DNA of 64,000 nucleotides, from NCBI RefSeq assembly GCF_009914755.1, contig NC_060925.1. One strand, written 5' to 3'. Origin of the DNA: the human T2T-CHM13v2.0 reference genome, Homo sapiens. A model generated the notes under the pieces. The model was given only the letters and a program-made list of their open reading frames with translations. It made no database searches and was not told where the DNA came from. Shown here one piece after another: positions 50,188 through 64,000 of this stretch. Each line of letters starts with the position of its first letter. Position 1 is the first letter of the stretch. The translations under genes were made by a program, and so were the position numbers.

Positions 50188-53100
50188 TATATTTTATTTT
50201 TCAATTCTAGTTTATGAAAACCACTTTTCTTTCCTCAAGACGTAGCATAAATGCCCTCAAAAACCTCATTAAAAACACGTTTGATAATTCACCAGATACA
50301 TTGTTTTGCAATATGTGGTAAACATTTAGAGACTGTGTAACATGAATTAGAGTGTATGATCTGGTTACCCCATGGGGAGAGGAAAAAAATAGAATTTTTA
50401 CCTATGTTATTTTATCTAATTTCATTATTTCTTTATGGGATATGACTTATACACAGTGTGTGTGTGTGTATATATATATATGAATCTATATGAATTCACC
50501 ATATATTATTCACTTTCCTAAAATACTTTACTTACGTGAATGTATCCGTGACAATAACATGAGAGAGTAATTGCAAAATTATTCAGTGAAATTGTATGTC
50601 TATAAAGGGTTCTGATACAGAGATATCTTGCTTAAGATGTGGAGAATTATCTTTACTGTTAGAGAAATTAGTATTTTTCCCAGGCATGAGAAAGTATTCC
50701 TGTATAAAGTCTTAAGAAAAGGAATGCCATGGAATTAATTTAATGCAAATTCATTGATGTCATAAAGCAGAAAAAGGTAGTCTGTGTCCTCTAACATTGA
50801 GAGCTGGATTTTAGCAATTTCCTCCTGAGATTAAAAAAAAAATTTTTTTACATACTTCTCTGGGATAGAAACAAAACTCAAAAAGAGCCAGGATTATTTT
50901 AAGGAGATGTAGTTAATTAGCCCTATGGAAAGTGAAATAATGCCATAAAAGATGCCTATGTCTCACCCCCAGGGCCTAGCAATATATCATGGTATGTGAC
51001 AAAGCAGAATTAAGGCTGCAGGTGAAATAAAGTTTGACAATCAGCTGACTCAAAAATAAGAATATTAACTTGAATTGGAAGTTTGGCCTAATGCAATTAC
51101 AAGGGTCCTTAAACCTTTGTAAAAGAGAGACTAAGAAGAGAAGCAGTCTGGGTGCTGTGATGTGAGGGAGTCTGTTTGTTTTTTAATTTTTTTTCCATTT
51201 AGTGACTCTCTTCTTTAAAATAAAATTTAGTTTAGATATACAAACACTCATGAGGTATTTTTATATGACTATCACTCTTCTAGTTGATAAATATTAGGCA
51301 AGAGATCTAGAACTACAAAAAGTGTTTTCTAAATACTGAGCCCCATACTATGGTAGTATAGATAATGGGCATTCTATATGGGTGATTATGAATGTGCTGG
51401 TGTGCTGTGTGTGTGTGTGTTTGTGTGTGTGTGTATCTATATATGTATATATAATTTGGTGTACAAAATAATGTGACTATTTTTAAAATTTCATGATAGA
51501 ATTAATCAAGAAAACATTTTGAGTGTTTGACATCTTGTAAACTAAAAATTAAAAAATAGAAAAGTGTAAAAAATCAAGAAAACATTGAATGGAATAAAAA
51601 AGATATCATATGTGATAATTTTGACCATATAGTAAATAACATTTATGATGTAAAATCTATTTTTTTCAGATATATATTTCTGTAGTTTTCCCTTCCTTTT
51701 TTTTTACTATGCAGTAGTAGTTTATTATTTCTGCATCAATATTTATATTTATTTATCTCTTTTTGAACACTATGCATGTCTGAATTAAAAGATTTGTATC
51801 TGGTTTTTAATTTTATCTTATAAAATTATTACTTTCTGATTGTTGTGTTTTATTCCTTTTATATATGCCAGTGAAGTAATTGTATATGTTCTACCCCTTC
51901 CTATTCTAGTCTTTATTTATCTATATTTATGTTTTATGTCAGTTTACCTTTTTCACTATAAATTTGTTCTGCTTAATCTCCCAGTGCACTATTCCTCTCA
52001 GCAGCTCCTACAAAGTTAATACAATGTATATTCATAAGATGAATATTCAAATATGATGTATATTCAAATTCTATACCTTATTTTTCAGCTATTCAATTTA
52101 TCCTTGGCTCTTTTCACATATGCTCTTCAAATTTAAAGATTTTTGATTTTTCAACATTATTTTGGTTTCATATTTTCCCACTGTATTGACTTAAATATTT
52201 GTGACTATTTCAATATCAGAAATGTATGTGTAATCTATTCTGGTAGCTTAAATTCTGGTAGCTTATTTTCTTGTATGCTTCAATATTTATAATTTAGTTC
52301 TCACAACACAGAGATCTAATACTGTAAATATTTTCAATCTGTATGTTTATGTATTTATTCTAGTTGGCCTGGCACAAGACTTTCAGTGTTGCTGTGTGAC
52401 CAGCCATTGGCTTTTCACATTCACAACTCCTCTGAATTTTTTCTTGCCTCATTTCTGGTCCTGGGGAACTCTGATATTTTCTCCTCATCTCCATTGTACA
52501 TTTTAGGGATTCTCAAAACTTTTATTGCACAAACATCAACACTGTCCACATAAGGTAAATATTTTACTTAGATATTTTCTAGCAGACATTGAGTACTCAT
52601 GAGAAATCCTCAGTTTCTTTATTTGGAACACCCCCTCCCCAGTATTCCATATGGAGTAGTTATGTGTAGAATGTGATTACTTCATTAATATGTCAAAGTA
52701 GGGATATATTTTGAACACATTTCTGAAGTTCTAATTCCTTTCTTCATGAATAGCACCTGCACATGAACATAATCGATATTTTCTCTGTAGCAGGAAGTTA
52801 GCACTGGTAGAATCTGTTCTGCAATACGAGGTCCTTGGGCTCCAGTGTCAATGCTTCCTCCTTAGATCCTCACTGACCCTGTAAATTTACCTCAGTCTCT
52901 ATTTCTTAATCCAATAGTTATTTAAATTGATCTTCAATTACTTTGTATGTGGCTAGATATTATTTATGGGTTATATTCTAATTCACATTTTCTGATGTAA
53001 TTTCACAGAGCCTAGAAAATGTCACCTATTGAATATCTACTTCCACAAAATCAGTGATACATTTTTAGGTCTTAAACTTCAATATTTAAAATGTTTGTCT

Positions 53101-53779
53101 CTGGAATTTGAAAATAATGTGTATGCTTTGTTTCCTGGCTAAAAAGGCTAATCACTTGTTCATCTGATTAGTAATCAAACTTTCTAAAGTTTATTTCATA
53201 CTTGATGTTAATTTATTTGTTTTATAGAAAAGTGTATTTCTATGACAGTTTTAGTGTCACCTAATATTATTTTCAATGTTGTAATTTTTATTTATATGAA
53301 TCTTTGTGTTATACATTTTAAAGTCATTGGTATTAAAACTGTATGTGCAAATAGCTTGAAATAGCGCCTAACACATCATGGATTCTATGTAAATATTCAC
53401 CACTCTGTTTCATCACATTTTAACCCATTCATACCATTCTTCATTTGCTAACATTTTGTTTGTCCTTATTCAAATTTATGTTGGTGTTCTGTCTACATAT
53501 TAATAAAAGAGAGGAGGTAGGCTCAGACTTCCATCTTGATTAAATACTATGACAAATGGCACATTTTCCTAGTTCTATTTAGATACAGCATTACATTTGT
53601 CTCACACTATAAATGTGAGTATTAAGTACAGCAAGAAAAACAATCTTCTCCTTCCTATAACAGATGTTGGGTTATTCATGGATTGTCCACAGCTTTCTTC
53701 TCCCAACATTATTTTTATTCTTACATCTCAATTGCCATGAAAACCTAGAAGCATGAAATACTACAAATTAGAAACAAAT

Positions 53780-54530
53780 TTGCTGCTATATACAAACTGG
53801 AAAAGTAAACTCAAGAAGAAATAGAATATATGCATACTCATACAACAGGTAAATAGATGAAGCTAATGAAAACTCTTCACACAGAGAAAAGCCCAGGCTC
53901 AGATAGCTTCACTAGTGAATTCGATTAAACACTTAATGAATAACCAATCCTTAATAAACACTTGCAAAACAGAGAAGGAAAACATCGATTCATTTTTGAG
54001 GCCAGTATTACCCAGATAACAAATCAGACAAAAGCATCACAAGATAATAAATGTGCAGACCATTATTCCTCATGAATGACGACAGAAAGCTTCAAAAACT
54101 CTAGCAAACTGGATTCAGCAACACATAAAAATGTTAGACAAGCCTGGCATGGTGGTGCACACCTGTACTCCCAGCTACTTAAGTGGCTGAGGTGGCAGGA
54201 TAACTTGAGCTTAGGAGTTTGAGACTATAGTGAGCTATGACTGCCACTCCACCCCAACCTGGTGACATAGTAAGGCCTCAACTCTGATAAAAATTAAAGA
54301 AAATTAGAAAAGAATGTTAGACAATATAACCAAGTGGAATTATCTTACAAATACAAATTTAAAAATCAATCAATGTAATACACCATATTAATAGAATAAA
54401 GGAAAAAACCATGATTATTTCAATGGACATCTGACAAAGTCTGACACTCATTCCTGATAAATCTCCCAGAAATCTAGCAATAGAAATAACTTCCTCAACC
54501 TCCTACAGGATATCCATGAAAATTTAATAA
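53780..54530 (+). mobile_element. Old L1 ORF2 fragment with a FLAM/AluJ monomer (54140-54290)
   Basis: L1 motifs aaaagcccaggctcagatagcttcactagtgaattc and gaggccagtattaccc. Confidence 0.7.
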
Positions 54531-56430
54531 ATTCCACTAAGGTATATTGAAAGACATATTGATACTTCCAACTCTATGCTTTTAAAAATTAATAAAATGA
54601 TAACTAATAACAGTAATATATCCATCTGGAAAACATTAAACACTTCTCTAAAAATATTTCTTTTGCATGTGATAAAGGTAAAAGTTCAAATTTAATAAGA
54701 GGAGTGCTCTTGAGAAGACTGAAACTTGGTGTTCCTAATTTTTCTGACTCATTAGCAATTACGGTCAAATTATCAATAATTCCAACAAGACAGGAGTATT
54801 CTCCTCAGCCAAAAGGCATGATCACGTAAAATCCTTATGTTAGGCATAACAGCATTTCATATTTGAATTGTTTAATAACATTATCATCATTGCTATATTC
54901 TCCTGGAAATAACACACAATACAGACTTCAAAAAATCAGAGCTTTTGCTGGGGATATATGCTCCTTCCAAAGGCGGTTGTGTGCAGTATTCTGAGAAATA
55001 ATTCCTCCAAAGGTAAAGTGTGGCTATCTGGGCTTTTGGAGGAAATATTCCAAAAATCCACATATTCTAAAAATCTTTTCCACTACAAACCACCATAAAT
55101 GCTGGACAACAGAATATGTGCTCAACTGGGCAAATTATTCCTAAGTGGGGAATGAAAGTGAAGAAGCAGAGGTGGCAGGAAGGAGGGAGGATGACAGCAA
55201 AGCTGGCAGGGTGGGGCTGCCCATGATGGTGCAGTCATAATAGGGGCATCCTTTGTTGGGTTCTAACAGCATTTGGGTGTGGATACAATGCTACAGCAAC
55301 ACCAGTGAAGGGGAGAAGAAACTGACCAGCCTAACTAAAGGAAAAGCCTCAAAGTTCCACAAGTCTAAGAAAAATGGCCTAGAATACTCAGACTGCAGTC
55401 AAAGGAAGATAAACAGTGAAGCTCCTCAGGCTATGCCTTGGCTGATTCAGGAAGGAAGGCAGCCCATTGTTACTTTGGGGCTTCTGTACACAGTTTTTGC
55501 ACAGAAATATTTAAGTGACTATAAATTAATTCAAATGTTTTCCAGGTGGATATTGAGGGAGAAACAGAAAAATCCAAGACAGTCTCCTGTGGAAGAAAAT
55601 TCTCCAACCCAAAACTCAACCGAACCCAAAGCTCAACCCAAAGCACTGAACGGCACATCAGTTAAGACCTGTCAAATATAATCACACAATCTAATATTTT
55701 TAAACATGCAAAATGAAGACCACCGAAGTCAATGTCATTCAGAAATAACAACAACAAAACCAGAGCACCCTATACAATTAGGCCTCAAGGAATTCCAAAG
55801 TAGTGTATTAGGTATAGAAAATATATATGTAATTAGAAACATTTACAGATTAGAGGGATACAGGCAATGTAAAAAATATGAGCTAAAATATGAGTAAAAG
55901 AATGAACTGAAATCTATACTTAGGTGTCAGGACAAGAAGAAAAATGAATAGAAAATATAAAATAGAGGTGAAAATAAATTGAAAATGGAATGAAAGGGCT
56001 ATTTCTAATGAATTTTCAAAACAGACATTTAAATAAACAGAGAAAATAGTAGAAAATAAGACATGTTTAAACATTTTAAAGAATGATGAAATACAGGCTC
56101 ATCAAATATCAACCAAGAAAAGCACAAAAGGTATACATATCTAAAAACATCATAAATGAAAATGTTAACACCAAAATAAAAGAAATGAATTAAACTCATT
56201 GAAATATAAAATGCAAATTATGGAACAATAGATTTTAATCTTGTTTCTCAACTTCTTCATGAAATTGATATATCAATAGATATTAAGCTTGAAGTTGTAG
56301 GTTAAATATGTGTTAATCTGGAATTGCATACCTAGCTAAAATATTTTTCAAGATTGTGGAAAAATGTAAATTAATTCATACAAGTAATATAAAGTCTTTA
56401 ATGCAATTATTCACATCTTTAAAAAGTATA

Positions 56431-56763
<333 letters not shown>

Positions 56764-58699
56764 CTACATTTTATTAATGTTTGTGAAGTATGATTTTTTT
56801 TTTAAAAAAATTGGCCTCTAAAACGGTTAACAATTTCAGTAAAGAAGAAAATAAAAATTCAATGTTTGATATACATATATAAAAATAAATTTCAGGAAAA
56901 TGAAAGGTCCATGTGATGACAGAATCCAAATTATATAAAAGATAGAAATTTCAATATTTGTTTTTACACATTTTAAGGAAAAAACCCTGAAAGCAGGGTT
57001 TTTATTTTTATTTTTTTTATTTTTCTGCACTTTACCAGAAAATAATGTTAATAAGTCTTGAGTTTTCAAGTCCCTCTCACTGACTTGGCACTTAGAGAAC
57101 AGCCAGCACAGGCTCAGGACACCCTGCTGGGCATTCTATCAAGGAGACCATCCTCATGGAAATGCAGCAGAAAGCTACATGCAGAAGATGGATGGATGCT
57201 CTCCTCCCAGAGACCAGCAGGTGCAAGTGTAGAGGGAGTGGGCCAGGGAGGAGCTGTGAACACCAAGCTGGGAGAGGTGCCTGGACCTCCATTGGACCCT
57301 CCTGCCTGCAGGGGCCTCACAGGGTTCCAGCAGAGGCGAATCCTAGGTTCCCTGTCCTATGGCTGGCCCCTGAGACTTGCTCCACCTGCCAGCTCTTTCC
57401 ACAAAGACATCAGGATGGCAAACCCAATCCAGCCCCCTCACAGAGAAAGGGGATTAATGTCAGGGCCCATGCCCATCCTGGCCTGTTCAGTAACTAATTG
57501 AGTAGTGAATAGGTTAGGCCAGAACGTGCTGCTGTGGCCCCTGGGATCACATCCCTGAAGGGAACTTGCCTGGGGCTGTGACCTAAAGTGGGAGGCCCAC
57601 TTGGGGTTCAGTGAGCTGGGACTTAGTTCCCAGCTCAGTTCCCTCTGCCACTCCTGGGGGACTTGGGCTTGTCTAGAGCAGGCATTGAGGATGGCATATA
57701 GCAGACATGCTGAGCTGTCAGGTGGGTGCCAAGGGGTGAGCATGAGGCATCCTGAGGGTTGCAACCATCAGAAGGCCCTGAGGTCAGCCCAGAACCAGCC
57801 CAGCCTCTGTACCTGGAGCTGCAGGTGCACAGGCTGTACCTGGAGCTGCAGGGTGGGCGCTGTGCAATGGGCTGGTCAGAGTGGAGTGAGAAGCCAGTCA
57901 GGGAGGGGCTTTCATTGCCCTTTATCCTGTGGTGCAAATCAAGTCCCCAAGGCCACAAACCAGGCGGGGCAGAAACAATGGGCTAAAGCATCGCCTTCTC
58001 TCCTCTTTGGCTCACATAGGCCCCTGACTTTCCTGGGCTTGCCTGAAAGTGAGAGAAAATCCCTCTTCTTGTGAGGATGAACACAGAAGTCACCAGTCAA
58101 GTTTGGTGAGGGGGGGCCCAGGCACCCCTAGAGTCTTTGCAGGGCAGCACCCACTACTTGCTAGCTGGACCAGGAGGCCAGGCTGGGACATTCTGGGAAC
58201 TGAGGTCACCAGTCCCTGCTATGCCTCGAATCTGTCCCCACCATGCAACCTCGGGCCAGCTCAGGCTCTGCCACCAGCTCCCCACATCGTCGTCCCTCAA
58301 GAGGCCTAGGGTGGGTTCCCCCTGCTTGGTGTCTCTGGCCCCTGCTCTCCATTCTGAGGCCTGACAAGCACCCAACCTCCAAAGCTGTGTTTTCCTGGGG
58401 GAGTGGGTGTTGGGACCACTGGCACAGAACTCGCAGCTTAGCTACATGTTTGTTCCAGACTTGGTTAATCAATGCAGCAGTAAACCCGCTGCTTCTGGGG
58501 TACAGTCTCCTACATTTCACGGGTCAGGTAGACAGACTGCGTCCCCTTCACCCCCCAGGTGTGCGAAAACACAGTTGACTCCACCTGCAATTCGGTCCTG
58601 CCCTCTTCCACCTGAAGAAGACCTGCTCACAACCCAGGGGTCAGCTCCGCGGCTTCTTCTTGGTGAAGCCTCCCTGACATCGCCTCTGGCACTGATACC

Positions 58700-59800
58700 A
58701 CCCTCTGAGCCCCAGCACAGTCCCAGCAAAAGCCGCGCACTGTGCAACAGAGGCCTGCGCTCGACCTCGCGGTGCACTCAGCAGGGGCTGCCCTCGGTCC
58801 CACCGTCTCCCTTAACGCCCCTGCCTCCCAGTCCCACGGCCCCCAGGAGGAGCCAGTACCCTAGCCCAGGGAGCCGGGTTGGGCGCGGCCTGGGGACCGG
58901 GCGTGGGAAGCTGGCCCACAGGGTCGCCCCTAGCAAGGAACCACCAGAGCGCGCATGCGGGAGCCGAGGCCGCAGCACTGGGTGGGCAGCTAGCTCACCG
59001 AAGACCCACGCAGCGGGCCAGGCGCCAGCGGCCGCTAGGTCTGGGCGCGGGGCCGGGCCGGCGAGAGAAGGGTCCGGGGCACCCAGTGGGCTCGGATCTC
59101 GAGCGGTCCCCGTGACGGCCCCGCGACTGCGCGACTTCCCGCTCTAGAGAGTTTATGGACCCTGTCCCAGGAGGGCTCCGCAGCCGCCAGGGAGGTACCG
59201 GAGGGACCGCGGCGCTGGGAGAGGGTGGCGCCAGGCGGCCCTGGAGCCCTGGGCGACGCGGCCGGGCCGGCCAGAGGGCGGAGAAGTCCAAAGCAGCAGC
59301 CCGGACAGCCGCTTCCGCCCCTGCGCCGCCCTCCCGGCCCAGGTGACCGGTCGCCCTACCCGGGGAGCAGCGCCCTCCTCCTCCTGGGCCGGAGCCGGGC
59401 GTGGGGGTCGCAGGCTGGTGCCACAGCCTGAGGACACCGCGGCCTCTGCCCCGGGGAGCACGCCAAATGCCGGACGGAGCGGCTGTTGCAGACGGTGAGG
59501 CCGCAGCCCCGCTTGAGGGTAGGGTCGGGCGGGGTGTCGGGGTCCTGGCAGAGGCCGCGGCGAGGGCAGGAGCCGGTGCGCTGGCCGCTGCACATGCGCC
59601 GCCCGGCACCGGGACCCTGCGGGCGCGCCCCCTGGTGGCAGCCAGCGGGAGGTGGCGTCCCTGTCCCCAGACAGGCGGCAGCGCGAAGCTGCCTCCCCGC
59701 GGGGGGAGCGGAAGTGGCCCAGCTGCTCGAGTGACTTACTAGTTAAAAAGCTGGGGTTGGAGCTGCCACGCGGGGAAGTGTGGAGGCCTGCGGGGCTCCG
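58700..59800. promoter_or_regulatory. CpG island with promoter-type motifs (NRF1 gcgcatgcg ~58951; ETS cggaagt ~59709; X-box-like gtcgcccctagcaa ~58923)
   Basis: Very high GC and CpG density, in contrast to CpG-depleted flanks. Confidence 0.8.
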
Positions 59801-62627
59801 CCTAGACTTTCTGGGTGTCCTCCTGGGACCTCAGGTTCCTCACCTGTCGCAGAGGACTGATGGGCTGCTATGGCAGGGTTGTTTGGAGGATTAGGCCAAA
59901 TAGTCCCAGTAAAGCCCCATTAGCCTCCCTGGCCTCTGGATTTTTTTTTTTTTTTCTGGCTTGGGTAACTGCGGAATGTGGCCAGGTGCTGAAGCGGGAA
60001 GGCTGGACTCTCCCTAGGCGTCGGGGTTCCTTCCTGGCGCCCCCTCTTCTTAGGCTCTTTTCAAGCACATACCCGGCAACGTGTGCTCTACCCAAGAGCG
60101 CTTCACAGATCTTCCTGTGGGCCTAAAACCAGAACGCTTTGTTCCCTGACCCCGGCTCTCATATCACCCCAAAGCCAAGTCTTTTGGCGGAGCTGGCTTC
60201 AGATTCGAGTCTCAGTTTAATGCTTGTTCTCTAAGGTCTGCCCAGGGCTCTTATGATGGGGCGTTGTTCCACTCCACCCCACCCTGTGCCTCCCCCAATG
60301 CGCTGGGGGCCTCAACTGCAGGGACTTGGAACTGGGAGCCCTCCCTGACAGGCTGGCCTGGCCATGGACTGGTGGATCTCAGTCCCAGGGCGAGATACCC
60401 CGGGCAGGGACTCTCATCCCGGCTTTTGTACACTCCAGCCATTTAACCTGGTGTGGTGGCCTCGCTGAGACCCCAGGTCTGTGGGGCAGGATTTCTTCCT
60501 TGTGTCATAGTGGAGGAAACTGAGGCAGAGGGCCGGTGAATGACAAAGTCAGGGAAATGCTCTGATTGTGAAATGCCCCCTAGGCCTCACAGGTCCCTTC
60601 AAGACACAGCATCCCTCGGGTTGCTGCATCAATGGGCTGTTGGCTTGGGCACCCCAAGCTCAGCGCCATGTGGGGATGAAGCTGGGGAATGTGGGGGCAG
60701 GGAAATTCGTCCCCCATATCGGCACAGCAGGAATTTCATTCTCTGATATGTGTGGACACCACTGCATGTGTGGGTGTGGGTGGGGCCCCCATTGTGTTGA
60801 TTAAGAAAGAGCCCTTCCTGGGGCCTCTGGGGAAGTGAGGGGCACCATGTGTGCCTGGCAGCTGGTTGGGGTGTGGAGGGGCTCGTCTGGACTCTGTCCT
60901 GTTGTCACCTTTTCAGGGCCAGCTAGACCCTGAAGTCTTAGTGCCAGTCATGCCCAGTTGCATGCTGCCCTTTACTTGCCTTCCCCCCCCGCCCCTGCCT
61001 GACTCCCCCAGCTCAGCCCCTGCCAGGATTTCTCAGGCCTCTGTGGACCCTGGATGGGATCCCAGGAGATGGCAACTCCACTGCCTGCCTCTGCCTGAAG
61101 TCTGGGGTCCCTGTGCAGGGTGGGTGAACAGGTCAGGGGTCAACTTTTGGCTGAGTGCGGGGCCTTTCCCTGATCCCCACCCCACACTGCTGGAACCACT
61201 GTGCACGGCTGGTCCCGGGGCTGCACTGGGTCCCCCAGCCTACTGCTGGACCGGATAGAGGAGAATACTTGTGCACATGGCTTGACCTGTTGTTAATGCT
61301 CAGTCCAAATCAGAACTAACCAGCTGTTTCCCTGGGGTCAGGGCCCAGGCCTGAGGCTGCCATGACCAGCCCATTCTCTGCCTTCTTGGGGGCCATCGGC
61401 GGCCAGTGTTTGGTGGTCCCCAAAAGACATGATGGCTAGGACTGGAGAGCTGGGGGTTAGGTCAGGAGACCCCCTGACCATGGGGGTCCACAGGGGCTGT
61501 CCCTGAGCTGTGGGTCCCTATGGGATGCAGGTACATGTGGATGCTTTAGGAGGTGAGCATGGGTCCTTCTGGCTGGCAGGATCTTGGTGGGCACTGGACA
61601 TGTGGGGCCAGGTTAGGTGGGATGGGCAGAATTGGGCCTGGCTGGGGAGTGTGACTGGTGTGGCCAGAGTCTGCAGTGAGCCCCTCACATCTAGGTTGCA
61701 CATTGACAGAATGACAAGTGGCGGGTCAACCATCCCAGCTGGGTCTGGGGAAGCAGGCCTACCCAGTGGGACCCCCACCCTTGTCCTGGCCCCAAGCCCA
61801 GACTGCCTGCCTCCACTGAGCATTGTCTAGCCTTGGCAGGGAAGCCCGGGTGTGATGATCAGGTGTTATGTCTCTGGGTCTCAGGCCTTGGTGGGCCCTA
61901 GGGAGATGGGCAGGCACTGGGCAGGGGGAGGGTCTGGGAGCCACCTGAGTGCATCTGCCCCTGGGTGTGTGCCCCCACCCCAGCTCCTCAGCCCTCAGGG
62001 CAAAATGACCAGGGCTCCTCACCTGCTGTGTGGCTCCAGCTCTGACCCCCTTGCCTAATGACTGACAGACTCTCCCCTGAGCCTGTGGGAACTTTATGTG
62101 GGTCATTTGTGAGTTGGGGGTCCCAACCTCCCTATAGGAAGGAGCCCACCACCAACCACCCTAGTAGGCCCACCTGGGCCTCCTCACTCCACTGGCCTGT
62201 GAGACCCAACTGGCCAGACCTGCTGTCCTATTTATATTTTGCTCTTTTTCTCAGTGTGTGTTTTCTGTAATGGTTGTTGCATGGCATTTCCAGATAAGCT
62301 GCAGGGTAGAGACTGCTCCCTGCCCCAGAGAACCCCCATACCAAATAGCCCTCACCACGATCTCCTGGGCTGGTTGTGTCTGTGCTCAGCTTGGTGTAAA
62401 TGGCGCCTGCAGTGTGCACCATTGAGTGGATCTGTCCACACGGCTGCCTGAGCTGGCATCTCTGTCCTTGTTGCTGAGGCCCATTCTCTTCCCCCACTCT
62501 CCACCTGAGCTGCTCTTGAAGCCAAGAGGAGGGATGGAGAGGGACCCCACCCCTCCTGGGGTAAATCTCCACCATGAGGGGGCTGAGCTTGCCCACCCTG
62601 TCATCCACTCCTCTGAGCTCCATCTCA

Positions 62628-62932
62628 GCCAGAGGTCAGCCAACTGTAGCCTGTCCCCACCTGCTTTTGTGCCGCCCGTGAGTTAAGAGTGGATTTTACA
62701 TTTCCAAATGTTCAAACAAATCAAAACAATTATACTTCACGATGCTGTGAAATTTGAATGTTGCTGGTTCATGAATAAAGCTGTACAGGAATCCAGCCAT
62801 GCCTGTTTATTTACAGGTGGCCTGGGGAAGGCTGCTGTCTGGCTACAATGGCACAGTTAAGTCCTTGGCACAGAAAATGGTTGCCAAAGCTGATAATACT
62901 GACCCCTTTAGAGAAACAGTTTCCAGCCCAGG
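62628..62932. mobile_element. MER58-like hAT MITE
   Basis: cagaggtcagccaactgtagcc...aataaagctgtacaggaatccagccatgcctgtttatttac...ccctttagagaaacagtt. Confidence 0.6.
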
Positions 62933-63112
62933 GTTTGAGGTTGTCTGGCAGGACCCCAGACTCTGGGTCAGATCCTTCCCCACTCACAGCTGTGATGGCC
63001 TCCACTGGTATGCCTGTAAAGAAGGGGTGCCAGGGGCCTCCCAAGGGGATGTTGAGGCCTTGTGTGCCAGGTTTCAGTGTGTGTGCTTCACAGTCACTCA
63101 TCTCACCCGCTG

Positions 63113-63373
63113 AGGTCCCGGGCCTGAGGTGGGCCTGCCTGCAGGAACAACTGGTCCTTGGCAGTGGGAACTCTGTGGAGCTGAGCTGCCACCCACCTGG
63201 CAGAGGTCCCATGGAGCTCACTGTTGGGGTCAAGGGTAGTGCAGGGCTGGTGTCCTGGACTGCATGGGCCCCAACTACTGCAGGCGCTGACTTCCTCCCA
63301 TGAAGAAATCAGAGCCAACAGCTGCAGCAGCTCACCCAGTGCGTGCTGTGCCCCTTCCGTGTGCATGTGACAG
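63113..63373 (+). pseudogene. FGFR3 pseudogene fragment: Ig-like domain I exon (exon 3) with dead splice sites and frameshifts
   Basis: Reads EVPG...[37 protein letters not shown], versus FGFR3 [46 protein letters not shown] as I recall it. It ends LTQCVLCPFRVHVT (FGFR3 LTQRVLCHFSVRVT). The acceptor is ctg and the donor GT is lost. Confidence 0.9.
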
Positions 63374-64000
63374 AGGGTGCCTGCTGGATCTGCACCAGTC
63401 TGTGGGTAGGAGGCCTTGGTGGCTATGTTCACTGAGTGGCTACCTGGCCCAGGAGTGGCCAAAGGGTCTCAGGAGGTATGGCCACAGCATCCTCTCCGTG
63501 AGGGTCTGTCTGATGATTGGTAGAGAAGAGGGCACCCCCAGGAGGTGAGGGGCTCCAACCCCATCAGTGAGGGACAGCTGGGGTCCTCCTGGGGAAAGTC
63601 AAAGGCTGAGCCCCAGGACAGAAGGACGCTGCCCTCAGCTGAGTAGCAGCAGGCACTTGGACGTGGGCCATCACGGGGCCGCAGCGCACACACCCTGTCT
63701 CCTGCATTGCACCTCGAGAGGTGAGGAAGTTGGGATGCCAAGGCTGAAGACACAGATGAGACCAGACTCCAGGCACTTGGGGCTGGTCTGGGGTAACGCC
63801 TGCTTCCCACTCACCAAGTCTTGCCCTCCACAGGCAGATGAGGGACCAAGGACTTGGGGACAACCTCCCTAGGGTCACACTGACAGTCAGGGTTCCCTTA
63901 GGGTGCAGGAGGGGCTGGGCCACTGACATGGCTCTGGATGCCTGGCCCATGGAGCTCACTGTCTGGGTGAGCTGGCTCTGGGGTTCAGGCTGGGGGTGGG

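Noticed and set aside
54763-54903. Exon-like segment on the minus strand (ttatttccag acceptor, gtaatt donor)
   Set aside because: Stops in all frames and no recognisable homology; would need TBLASTX to rescue.
55253-55681. 142-aa ORF
   Set aside because: Non-ATG start, lies in old L1-like sequence, and has no splice or domain support.
57240-57450. Faint resemblance of the translation to the barttin (BSND) C-terminal region
   Set aside because: Only a few scattered residues match, which cannot be distinguished from chance by eye.
58407-59742. Long overlapping ORFs (246, 204 and 146 aa) in the CpG island
   Set aside because: Low-complexity Pro/Ala/Arg/Gly translations in several frames are expected from GC-rich DNA, and no protein family is recognisable.

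Overview
This is primate (human-like) genomic DNA with no intact protein-coding gene. The first ~30 kb is a layered palindrome. Two unprocessed TUBB8-like beta-tubulin pseudogenes point away from each other (9916-12036 on -, 23077-25199 on +). Each is followed tail-to-tail by a multi-exon FAM166A/CIMIP2A pseudogene, which preserves the ancestral TUBB4B-FAM166A arrangement. The outer arms (~2.9-10.4 kb vs ~24.7-30.0 kb) are old and clearly diverged, with arm-specific THE1 and Alu insertions. The inner ~5.3 kb arms (~10.8-16.1 kb vs 19.0-24.3 kb) are almost identical and surround a 2.9-kb spacer made of the 5' LTR-gag-pro of a class I ERV. The ERV pol ends directly on the tubulin core promoter. 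Each inner arm carries a THE1B-type LTR with an intact DUX4 motif and a CCTCCCT PRDM9-type motif. Tubulin exon 4 shows a patchwork of identical and diverged tracts, consistent with gene conversion. The 30-57 kb region is repeat-dense (HSMAR2, MER1, Tigger3, MLT, L2, a full-length L1PB, Alus) and includes an unexplained ~210-bp ancient inverted repeat. From ~57 kb a GC-rich block carries a CpG island and a decayed, unprocessed FGFR3 Ig-I exon. From memory and unverified, the layout fits human 1q42.13 (TUBB8P10/TUBB8P9 near ZNF678). All identities and subfamily calls are by-eye judgements, not computed.
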